Positions 7,373 to 15,374 of a stretch of 30,659 bases of DNA are shown piece by piece (the first letter of the stretch is position 1; the number at the start of each line of letters is the position of its first letter). Source of the stretch: Opitutia bacterium (lineage in GTDB: Bacteria > Verrucomicrobiota > Verrucomicrobiia > Opitutales > UBA953); contig JBJTIX010000056.1 of the NCBI GenBank assembly GCA_046095205.1, forward strand, positions 1-30,659. Direction: 5' to 3'. The position numbers were made by a program, and so were the translations under genes. A model generated the notes under the pieces. It saw only the letters and a program-made list of their open reading frames with translations. It made no database searches and was not told the origin of the DNA.

Positions 7373-8431
7373 ATGGACGCGCCCGGAGCCGACTTCGAGT
7401 TCAGGCGGACCGCCCGCAAGCCGGCCTATCCCGTGAGCGAGGACCTGCGCGCCTACCTCGTGCGCGAGGGGCGCGAGGTGGAGCTGCCGGTCTCCTACCC
7501 GCGCCTGCGCGAGTTCACGGCCGCCATGCCGCTCCTCGACCGGGACGGGCGCGACACGCTCTGGGAGACCGTGGCCTACCCGCCCGAGGAGATGGAACGG
7601 CTCTCCCGGGGGCTGCTCGAGACCTACGCGCTCCTGCGCGGCGAGGGCGGCCTCAGCGTGTTCAGCCACGTCTACGTCGACCGCGTGGACTTCTGCTCCT
7701 TCGGCAACTCGCAGCCCTTCCGGGTGCGCATCGTGAACGCTTACAACGAGAACCACGACTACTTCTACGTGAAGGCCGGCGACGCCTCGCGCGTCTGCGG
7801 CCTGGAGCTCGAGCACCTGCTCTCCCCCAACCGCATGCTGTACCTCACCCGGGGCGACACGCTGGTCGAGGAGCACGTCACGGGGATACCCGGCGACGTC
7901 TTCGCCGAGCGCCGCATGGGCGAGGGCGGGCTCCATCCCGTCCGGCTCGCCAAGGAGCTGATCAAGTTCGAGGAGCGCTGCCTCGCCCGCCTCCTGGGCG
8001 ACATGCGCGCCTACAACTTCGTCGTGGCGGTGACGCCGGACTTCGACGCGACCTCCATCCGCGTGCGCGCGATGGACTTCGACCAGCAGTCCTACGACGG
8101 ACGCCTGCGCTTCTACCTCCCCGGCTCCTTCAAGGAGAACCGCCCCTTCGTGCATCTGTGCGCCCAGCACATCAACGCGGCCTCCGCCCTCCAGTACCGC
8201 CGGGAGGAGCAGTCCCTCATCCACCGCCGCCACCTGGCGGCCCCCGACCGCGTGCGCGACCTGCTCGCGGCGATGCGCAACACCCCCCTCTCCACCCCGG
8301 AGAAGGCGAAGGAGCTGGCCGAGGGCCTCGCCGAGCACCACCGGGACCCCGCCTTCCGGCAGCACGCCGACATGGCGGGCCTGATCGGCGAAAGCCTGTC
8401 CCGGCTGGACCGGATCCTGCGCGCGGGCTGA
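7373..8431 (+). CDS. Hypothetical protein with a protein-kinase-like (PI3K/PI4K/HipA-type) motif set
   Basis: Typical high-GC3 codon usage from ATG 7373. Motifs in the right order: FGNSQP, YFYVK, GLELE, LLGDMRAYNFVV, AMDFD. Confidence 0.8.
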   Translation: MDAPGADFEFRRTARKPAYPVSEDLRAYLVREGREVELPVSYPRLREFTAAMPLLDRDGRDTLWETVAYPPEEMERLSRGLLETYALLRGEGGLSVFSHVYVDRVDFCSFGNSQPFRVRIVNAYNENHDYFYVKAGDASRVCGLELEHLLSPNRMLYLTRGDTLVEEHVTGIPGDVFAERRMGEGGLHPVRLAKELIKFEERCLARLLGDMRAYNFVVAVTPDFDATSIRVRAMDFDQQSYDGRLRFYLPGSFKENRPFVHLCAQHINAASALQYRREEQSLIHRRHLAAPDRVRDLLAAMRNTPLSTPEKAKELAEGLAEHHRDPAFRQHADMAGLIGESLSRLDRILRAG

Positions 8432-8439
8432 CTAAGCGC

Positions 8440-8469
8440 TGGACAGGACGCGCGCCGGGCGGGCATCCT
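8440..8469 (+). promoter_or_regulatory. Possible sigma70 promoter for purF
   Basis: TGGACA-N18-CATCCT, ending 11 nt before the purF ATG. Confidence 0.3.
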
Positions 8470-8480
8470 TAACCGCCTCG

Positions 8481-10394
8481 ATGAGCGACTCCCTCCGGCA
8501 CGAATGCGGCATCGCCCTGGTGCGGCTGACGAAGGACCTCAAGTGGTATCAGGAGAAGCACGGGACCCCGCTGCACGGCTTCAACCAGCTCTTCCTGCTG
8601 ATGGAGAAGCAGCACAACCGCGGGCAGGACGGCGCGGGCATCGGCTGCGTCAAGATCGGCGCCGAGAACGGCGAGGCCTTCCTGTTCCGCGACCGCGAGA
8701 TCGGCGCCCAGGGGCTGACCCAGATCTTCACCCGGCAGATCAAGTCCTACTCCGACAAGGTGCGCGAGGCCGTCATCGTCCCCGAGTTCCCCGAGACGGT
8801 GAAGCGCCACTTCGACTTCGGCGGCGAGGTCCTGCTCGGCCACCTGCGCTACGGCACCTCGGGCAGCTTCGACTCGGTCTCCTGCCACCCCTACGCCCGC
8901 AAGTCGATCTGGCCCACGCGCAACCTGCTGGTCGCGGGCAACTTCAACCTCACCAACACCTCCGAGCTCAACGCCTCGCTCACCCACCGCGGCGCGCACG
9001 TCATCTACTCGACCGACACGCAGTCGATCCTCGAGGAGATCGGCTTCTGGCTCGACGAGGAGCACGACCGCCTGTTCCGGACCTACCGGGAGGAGGGCCT
9101 CGAGGGCATGGCGGTGCAGGAGAAGATCTCGCGCAACATGGACGTGGGCGGCGTGCTGCGCCGCGCCGCGCGCCACTGGGACGGCGGCTACGCCATCGCG
9201 GGCCTGATCGGCAACGGCGACAGCTTCGTGCTGCGCGACCCCGCCGGGATCCGGCCCTGCTGGTACGTGCGGACCGAGGACATGGTCGCGGTCGCCTCGG
9301 AGCGCGTCGCGCTCATGACGATCATGGGCGCCTCGCAGGAGGAGGCCCAGGAGCTGCCCCCGGGGCACGCGCTCATCATCAAGGCGGACGGGTCCTCGCG
9401 CGTCGAGCAGGTGCAGGCGCCCCTGGAGAAGCGCCACTGCTCCTTCGAGCGCATCTACTTCTCGCGCGGCAACGACCCGGAGATCTACGCCGAACGCAAG
9501 GCCCTCGGCGCCGCGCTGGCCGACGACATCCTCGCGCGCATCGGCGACGACTTCGACCGCGCGGTCTACTCCTACATCCCGAACACCGCCGAGGTGGCCT
9601 GGTACGGGCTGATGGACGAGCTGCGCCGGCGCCGGCGCGCGAGCGTGCGCGAGACGCTGCGCAGGGCGCTCAAGGAGGGCTCGCTCGACGAGGCCCTGAT
9701 CGACCGGGTGGTGCTCGGCGGCTGGCCGCGCGGCGAGAAGGTCGCGCACAAGGACGTCAAGCTGCGCACGTTCATCTCGCAGGAGAAGAACCGGCTGCAG
9801 ATGGCGTCGCACGTCTACGACATCTCGTACGGCGCGGTGAAGGAGGGCGACACGCTGGTCTGCGTCGACGACTCGATCGTGCGCGGCACGACGCTGCGCC
9901 AGTCGATCCTCCGCATCCTCGCCCGGCCGAACCCGCGGCGCATCGTCATCGCCTCCACGGCCCCGCAGATCCGCTACCCGGACTGCTACGGCATCGACAT
10001 GTCGGAGATGGGCAAGTTCCTCGCCTTCCAGGCGGCGGTCGCGCTCTGCAAGGACCGGGGCAAGCACGACGTGCTCCGCGAGGTCTACGAGGACTGCGTG
10101 CTCCAGGCGAACCGGCCGACTTCCGAGATGCGCAACCACGTGCGCCGCATCTACGACGAGTTCACCGACGAGGACATCGCCGCCAAGGCGGCGGAGCTGG
10201 TCTTCCCCGCCAAGTCGGGCTGGAAGGGCGAGCTGATCCTGGTGTTCCAGAAGGTCGCCGCGCTCCACAAGGCCTGCCCGACGAGCAGGGGCGACTGGTA
10301 CTTCACGGGCGACTACCCGACGCCGGGAGGGCTCGGCGTGCTCAACCGCTCCTACATCAACTACTGGGAACGGCGCGAAGGCCGGTCCTACTGA
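8481..10394 (+). CDS. purF: Amidophosphoribosyltransferase (long form, 637 aa)
   Basis: Propeptide plus N-terminal nucleophile RHE/CGIA, QHNRGQDGAG, GHLRYGT, CSFERIYFSRG, PRPP motif VDDSIVRGTT, YGID. Confidence 0.95.
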   Translation: MSDSLRHECGIALVRLTKDLKWYQEKHGTPLHGFNQLFLLMEKQHNRGQDGAGIGCVKIGAENGEAFLFRDREIGAQGLTQIFTRQIKSYSDKVREAVIVPEFPETVKRHFDFGGEVLLGHLRYGTSGSFDSVSCHPYARKSIWPTRNLLVAGNFNLTNTSELNASLTHRGAHVIYSTDTQSILEEIGFWLDEEHDRLFRTYREEGLEGMAVQEKISRNMDVGGVLRRAARHWDGGYAIAGLIGNGDSFVLRDPAGIRPCWYVRTEDMVAVASERVALMTIMGASQEEAQELPPGHALIIKADGSSRVEQVQAPLEKRHCSFERIYFSRGNDPEIYAERKALGAALADDILARIGDDFDRAVYSYIPNTAEVAWYGLMDELRRRRRASVRETLRRALKEGSLDEALIDRVVLGGWPRGEKVAHKDVKLRTFISQEKNRLQMASHVYDISYGAVKEGDTLVCVDDSIVRGTTLRQSILRILARPNPRRIVIASTAPQIRYPDCYGIDMSEMGKFLAFQAAVALCKDRGKHDVLREVYEDCVLQANRPTSEMRNHVRRIYDEFTDEDIAAKAAELVFPAKSGWKGELILVFQKVAALHKACPTSRGDWYFTGDYPTPGGLGVLNRSYINYWERREGRSY

Positions 10395-10395
10395 G

Positions 10396-11651
10396 TCAGG
10401 CGTAGATGCGGTGGGGGGCCGAGGCCGCGCGGAAGCGCTCCGCCAGCCCGTCCCAGTGCGCGATCCAGCGCGAAAGGTCGACGGCGGCGCCGCGGACGCG
10501 CAGGTCCTCGTAGAAGGCCTCGCTGCCGAAGTGCTTGATGAAGAGCTCGCGGTCGTTGCGGGTGTGCTGGGAGAAGAAGCGGCCGCCGGTCCAGGCGCAG
10601 GTCTGGCGCAGCATGTGCAGCGAGATGCGCACGGGGCGGAACTTCTGCCAGTCGCCCACCTCGAGGTAGGCGCCCTGGGTACCGTCGGCCATCACGCGCG
10701 GGCGCACGTTCAGGCCCGGCACGGCGGAACCGAGCGCGGCCGCCAGCTCGTCGGCGCGGCGGCCCTCGTGGCGGATGAAGCGGAAGTGCATCTGGTCCCC
10801 GAAGGTGTGGCGGAAGGCCCCGATCTGGCAGCCGAGGCCGACCATCGCGTAGCCGAGCGCGGCCTGCGGGGTGGGCACCATCGGCGAAGTGGGGACCCAG
10901 TTGAGACCGGTCGTGATCCACGGCATCGCGCGGCGCCAGCCGGACATCGGCACGACCTCGAGGCGGCCGCGGGTCCGCACGGACTCCTCGACGTCGAGCA
11001 CGCCCGGGGTGGCCACGGCCCAGCGGGCGAGCTCGCCGATTGTGAGGCCGTGGACGTACGGGGTCTCGTAGGAGCCGACGTAGCTGCGCCACTTGCGGTC
11101 CAGGAAGGGTCCGTCGACCTTCTCGCCGCCGAGGGGGTTGGGACGGTCGACCACGATGACGCGCACGGGACGCGGCATGGAGAAGCAGGCCTCGATGACG
11201 AGGCGCATGCAGCTGACGTAGGTGTAGGAGCGCGCGCCGACGTCCTGGAAGTCGATCACGACGTCGTCCAGGCCCTCCAGCATCGCGGGCGTGGGCTTGC
11301 GGGTGGCGCCGTACAGGGAGAACACCGGCAGGCCGGTGCGCGCGTCGCGCATGTCGCCCACCTTGGCGTCGGCCTTCGCGACGCCGTCGATGCCGTGCTC
11401 GGGCCCGAACAGCTTGAGCAGGCGCGCGCCAGCACGTCGGCGCTGCGGCGCCCCTGGCCGTTGACGCCCGCCCGGTGGGTGACGAGGCCGACGCGCCGCC
11501 CCTGCAGCAGGGCGAAGCCGGAATCGGCGAGGACGTCGATCCCGAGGCGCACGGGGGCCGCGGTCTGCGCAACGAGGGAGGCGGGCGCGCCGCCGACGGC
11601 GCCGGCGGCGGCGCAGAACGCGGAGGCGCGGATGAAGTCTCGTCGTTCCAT
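10396..11651 (-). pseudogene. DUF1343/NamZ-like exo-beta-N-acetylmuramidase with Tat signal, interrupted by a frameshift near 11421-11430
   Basis: Frame 1 from ATG 11651: MERRDFIRAS (twin-Arg)...RLGIDVL...RVGLVTHRAGV...DVLAR. Frame 2 continues RLLKLFGPEHG, FSLYG, DFQDVGARSYTY, DRPNPLGG, HGLTIGELA, WVPTSP. Could be an assembly error. Confidence 0.8.
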
Positions 11652-11761
11652 TGGACGCGGGGCCGGCCCATCTTCACCGCCCGGCGGCACGGTTCAAATC
11701 TGTTTCTCGCGGCGGCGCCGTTTCCGTTTGCAGACGGGACCGCGCAGGACAACTTGCCCGC

Positions 11762-12346
11762 ATGCGCGTCGCCCTGCTCGGCTCCGGCCGCGGCTCCAAC
11801 GCCGAGGCCGTCCTCCGCGCCCAGTCCGAAGGCCGGCTGGGACGGGCCGTGGTGACGGGCATCTGGTGCGACGTGCCCACCGCGCCCATGCTCGCCCTGG
11901 GGCCGCGCTTCGGCGTGCCCGCGACCTACCTCGACCCGGGACCCTTCCGGACGAAGTTCTCCCCGGAGCGCGAGGCCGCCTGGGCCGAGGCGATCCGCGC
12001 CGCCGGCACGGACCTGGTCGTGCTCGCGGGCTTCATGCGGGTGGTGAAGGCCCCCCTGCTGGACGCCTTCGCCGGACGGATGATCAACCTCCACCCCAGC
12101 CTGCTGCCCGCCTTCCCCGGGCTCGACGGCATCGGACAGGCCTGGCGCGCCGGGGTGCCGGAAAGCGGCTGCACGGTCCACTGGGTCAACGCGGAGGTCG
12201 ACGGCGGCGCGCACCTCGGCCAGTCGCGGGTGCGCCGCGAGCCGACGGACACCCAGGAGGGCTTCGCCGACCGGATCCACGCGGCGGAGCACGCGCTGCT
12301 CCCCAGGGTGATCGCCGAGCTGGCCGAACGCCCGCCGTTCCGATGA
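11762..12346 (+). CDS. purN: Phosphoribosylglycinamide formyltransferase
   Basis: GSGRGSN, VLAGFMRV, NLHPSLLPAFPG, GCTVHWV, VDGG, EH; start at 11762. Confidence 0.97.
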   Translation: MRVALLGSGRGSNAEAVLRAQSEGRLGRAVVTGIWCDVPTAPMLALGPRFGVPATYLDPGPFRTKFSPEREAAWAEAIRAAGTDLVVLAGFMRVVKAPLLDAFAGRMINLHPSLLPAFPGLDGIGQAWRAGVPESGCTVHWVNAEVDGGAHLGQSRVRREPTDTQEGFADRIHAAEHALLPRVIAELAERPPFR

Positions 12347-13230
12347 TCGAGCTGCGCTGCGAGATCCACCCGGACATGGTCCAGCCGCTGGAGGACCACT
12401 TCTGCGAGCTCACCCGCTCAAGCTGGATGCTGTTCAACGAGGGACCGGGGCGGCCGCACTTCGTGATGGGCTACTTCGAGTCCGAGGCGGAGGCCGAGGA
12501 GTCGTGGGCGGGGCTGCGCAAGGCGTTCAAGAAGCTGCCCGCCGAATTCGAACGCGCCACGCTGGAGGACAAGGACTGGAAGGAGGCCTACAAGGAGCAC
12601 CTGCGGCCCTGGTCGCACGGACGGCTCCATTGGGTGCCGTCCTGGATGCGCGCGACGCACCCGACGCCACCCGATGCGGCGGTGATCTGGTTCGACGCGG
12701 GCCTGGCCTTCGGCACGGGCGACCACCCGACGACGCGGCTGTGCGCGATCCGCATGCTCGACCACCTCGCGGGCCGCGAAGCCGCCAAGGTTTCCGTGAC
12801 CGACGCGGGCTGCGGCTCGGGCATCCTCGCCCTCTCCGCGGCGCGCCTCGGCTGCGGCCGCGTCGCGGGCTTCGACCGCGACCCGGAGTCGGTGCGCGTG
12901 AGCGTCGCCAACCGCGTGGAGAACGGCCTGCCCGAGTCGGCGGCCGCGTTCCACCACGCCGGCCTGGAGGAGGGCTTCCGGCTCACCGGCCGGGCCGAGG
13001 TCGTGCTCGCCAACATCATCAGCGACGTGCTCTGCATCTACGCCGACGAGCTGGTCGACTCCGTCTCCCCCGGCGGGGTGCTGGCGCTCAGCGGGATCCT
13101 CGCCCGCGAGCAGGACGCGGTGCGCGCCCACTTCGAGTCGAAGTGCCGGGTCGCGTGGGGCGACGCCACGCGCTCCGACGGCCGCACGATGGGGGAGTGG
13201 AGCGACGTCGCCCTTTTCCGACCCGCCTGA
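12343..13230 (+). CDS. prmA: Ribosomal protein L11 methyltransferase
   Basis: DW motif, FDAGLAFGTGDHPTT, DAGCGSGILA, ANII, LSGIL; ATGA overlap with the purN stop. Confidence 0.9.
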   Translation: MIELRCEIHPDMVQPLEDHFCELTRSSWMLFNEGPGRPHFVMGYFESEAEAEESWAGLRKAFKKLPAEFERATLEDKDWKEAYKEHLRPWSHGRLHWVPSWMRATHPTPPDAAVIWFDAGLAFGTGDHPTTRLCAIRMLDHLAGREAAKVSVTDAGCGSGILALSAARLGCGRVAGFDRDPESVRVSVANRVENGLPESAAAFHHAGLEEGFRLTGRAEVVLANIISDVLCIYADELVDSVSPGGVLALSGILAREQDAVRAHFESKCRVAWGDATRSDGRTMGEWSDVALFRPA

Positions 13231-13236
13231 ACCGCC

Positions 13237-13662
13237 ATGCCCGCCCATCCCGATGCCCCGCGCCTCTGGCGCCTCGTCACCTTAGTCTGCGGCACGCTCG
13301 TCATCGCCCTCGGCGCCAACGAGCTGCTCGGCGTGCTGCCGCGCTGGAACCCGGCCGACGTCACGCATCCGGCCGCGGTGGCGGCGGAGAGCTGGCTCTT
13401 CGTGGCCTACGGGGCGGTGCTGCTCTGGCCGGCCGAGAAGTCGGCCTCGGACCGCGTCTGGCGCGCGGCCTTCGTCGCGACCTGCCTGCTCTCCCTGCTG
13501 TTCTCCGCCGCGATGATCTCCGAGGTGATGGCCAAGAACTACATCGCCTCCGCGAAGGGCGTGAAGGCGCGCATGCCGATCGCCCAGGCGATCATGCTCT
13601 TCATGGGCCTGGGGCAGATCCCGCTGCGCCTCTTCACGCGCCGTCCGGACCTGCTCGACTGA
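13237..13662 (+). CDS. Hypothetical integral membrane protein (about 4 TM segments)
   Basis: Gene-like codon usage, 6-nt gap after prmA, four hydrophobic segments; no family recognised. Confidence 0.75.
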   Translation: MPAHPDAPRLWRLVTLVCGTLVIALGANELLGVLPRWNPADVTHPAAVAAESWLFVAYGAVLLWPAEKSASDRVWRAAFVATCLLSLLFSAAMISEVMAKNYIASAKGVKARMPIAQAIMLFMGLGQIPLRLFTRRPDLLD

Positions 13663-14796
13663 TCAGAGCGCCGCGTGGATCGCCTCGGCGCGGCGCACGG
13701 CCTCGTCGACCGTGGGCGCGGTGACGGTGACGTGGCCCATCTTGCGGCCCGGCGCGGCCCGGCCCTTGTCGTAGAGGTGCAGCTTCGCGGACGGGTCGGC
13801 GAGGACCCTGGTCCAGTCGGGGTCGCGCCCGCCGCGCCAGAGGTCGCCGAGGAGGTTCACCATCGCGGAGGGCGCCAGCGGCCTCGTGCCGCCGAGCGGC
13901 AGGCCGCAGACGGCGCGGACGTGCTGCTCGAACTGCGAGGTCTCGTGGGCGTCGAAGGTCTGGTGGCCGCTGTTGTGCGGCCGCGGGGCGAGCTCGTTCA
14001 CGACGATGCTCCCGTCCTTGACGAACATCTCGACGGCGAGGAGCCCGACGAGGCCGATCTTCTCCGCGATGCGGACGGCGAGCGCGCGGGCCTCGGCCGC
14101 GGCCGGCGCGGCGATGCGGGCGGGTGAGACGGAAAGGTGGAGGATGTGGTTGCGGTGGACGTTCTCGGCCGGGTCGTAGACGGCGGTGCGCCCGTCGGCG
14201 GTGCGGGCGACGAGCACGGAGATCTCCATCTGGAAGGGCACCCAGGCCTCGAGCACGCCCATCGCCCCGCCGATTGCCTTCCAGGCGGCGTCGAGGTCCG
14301 CGTCGGGCGCGGGGAGCTTGACCTGCCCCTTGCCGTCATAGCCGAAGTCGGCGGTCTTGAGCACGCAGGGGAAGCCGATGGTCCTGACCGCGGCGCGCAG
14401 TTCGTCGGGCGAGGAGACCACGGCGAAGTTCGCGCACGGGATGCCGGAGGCGCGGAGAAACTCCTTCTCGCGACGGCGGTTCTGGCAGGTCGCGAGGACG
14501 GAGGCGGAGGGATGGCAGGGGACGGAGGCGGACAGGAACTCGACGGTGGGCGGCGGGATGTTCTCGAACTCGAGGGTGATGCGCCCGCAGCCCTCGGCGA
14601 AGCGCGTCAGCGCGGCCCGGTCGCCCCAGTCGGCGGCGACGTGCTCGTCGGAGACGGACGCGGCGCACGCGGTCGGCGAAGGGTCGAAGGTGCGCACGCG
14701 GTAGCCCATGCGCCTCGCCGCGATCGCCGACATGCGTCCGAGCTGGCCTCCTCCGAGGATGCCGATGACGCCTCCGGGGAGCAGCGGGGCCTCCAT
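13663..14796 (-). CDS. purK: N5-carboxyaminoimidazole ribonucleotide synthase (ATP-grasp)
   Basis: GILGGGQLGRM, TLEFENIP, KTADFGYDGKGQ, NELAPRPHNSGH, SQFEQH, GRKMGH. Confidence 0.97.
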   Translation of the reverse strand: MEAPLLPGGVIGILGGGQLGRMSAIAARRMGYRVRTFDPSPTACAASVSDEHVAADWGDRAALTRFAEGCGRITLEFENIPPPTVEFLSASVPCHPSASVLATCQNRRREKEFLRASGIPCANFAVVSSPDELRAAVRTIGFPCVLKTADFGYDGKGQVKLPAPDADLDAAWKAIGGAMGVLEAWVPFQMEISVLVARTADGRTAVYDPAENVHRNHILHLSVSPARIAAPAAAEARALAVRIAEKIGLVGLLAVEMFVKDGSIVVNELAPRPHNSGHQTFDAHETSQFEQHVRAVCGLPLGGTRPLAPSAMVNLLGDLWRGGRDPDWTRVLADPSAKLHLYDKGRAAPGRKMGHVTVTAPTVDEAVRRAEAIHAAL

Positions 14797-14799
14797 GGA

Positions 14800-15321
14800 T
14801 CAGCGGCGGCGACCCTTGCGGCCGGGCACGGGGTTGTCGAGGACCGCCCGGGTCTGCTTCGCGCGGAAGGCGTCGAGCCGGCCGGCGAGGGCCGCGTCGG
14901 AGAGGGCGAGCACCGCGGCCGCGGCGAGGGCCGCGTTGACGGCGCCGGCACGGCCGATGGCGAAGGTGTGCACGGGGATCCCGGCGGGCATCTGCACGAT
15001 GGAGAGGAGGGAGTCGATGCCGTCGAGCGACTTCGACTGCACGGGAACGCCCATGACGGGCAGCGAGGTCATGGCGGCGGCCATGCCGGGCAGGTGCGCG
15101 GCGCCGCCGGCGCCGGCGATGATCACCTTGAGTCCGCGACGGCGCGCGGACAGGGCGTAGTCCTTGAGCTTGAGCGGGGTGCGGTGGGCGCTGACCACCT
15201 CGGACTCGAAGGGGATGCGGAGGGCGCGGAGGGTGTCCGCGGCGTGGACCATGGTCTCCCAGTCCGACTGGGACCCCATGATCACCCCCACCGAAGGCCT
15301 GGTGCTCCGCTTGCGTGCCAT
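14800..15321 (-). CDS. purE: N5-CAIR mutase
   Basis: [49 protein letters not shown]. Confidence 0.98.
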   Translation of the reverse strand: MARKRSTRPSVGVIMGSQSDWETMVHAADTLRALRIPFESEVVSAHRTPLKLKDYALSARRRGLKVIIAGAGGAAHLPGMAAAMTSLPVMGVPVQSKSLDGIDSLLSIVQMPAGIPVHTFAIGRAGAVNAALAAAAVLALSDAALAGRLDAFRAKQTRAVLDNPVPGRKGRRR

Positions 15322-15374
15322 GCCGCAAGCGTGCGTGTCAGGCGTCAGGAGTGAAGCCCGAACCGATGGAACGG

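Noticed and set aside
10411-13230. Apparent 939-aa ORF, and similarly extended ORFs for pdxH, the kinase-like gene, tyrA, hemA and capD
   Set aside because: The family signal starts at internal starts (12343, 3540, 7373, 19060, 27091, 17279); the upstream parts overlap other real genes. These are not fusions.
3632-13230. Clustering of three translation methyltransferases (rsmE, rsmD, prmA)
   Set aside because: They are in different orientations and units, which is ordinary housekeeping scatter.
3265-15325. TGGCAC hexamers as sigma-54 promoters (in pdxH, in AKR, at the purE start)
   Set aside because: None has the -12 TTGC at the required spacing, and all lie in coding sequence.
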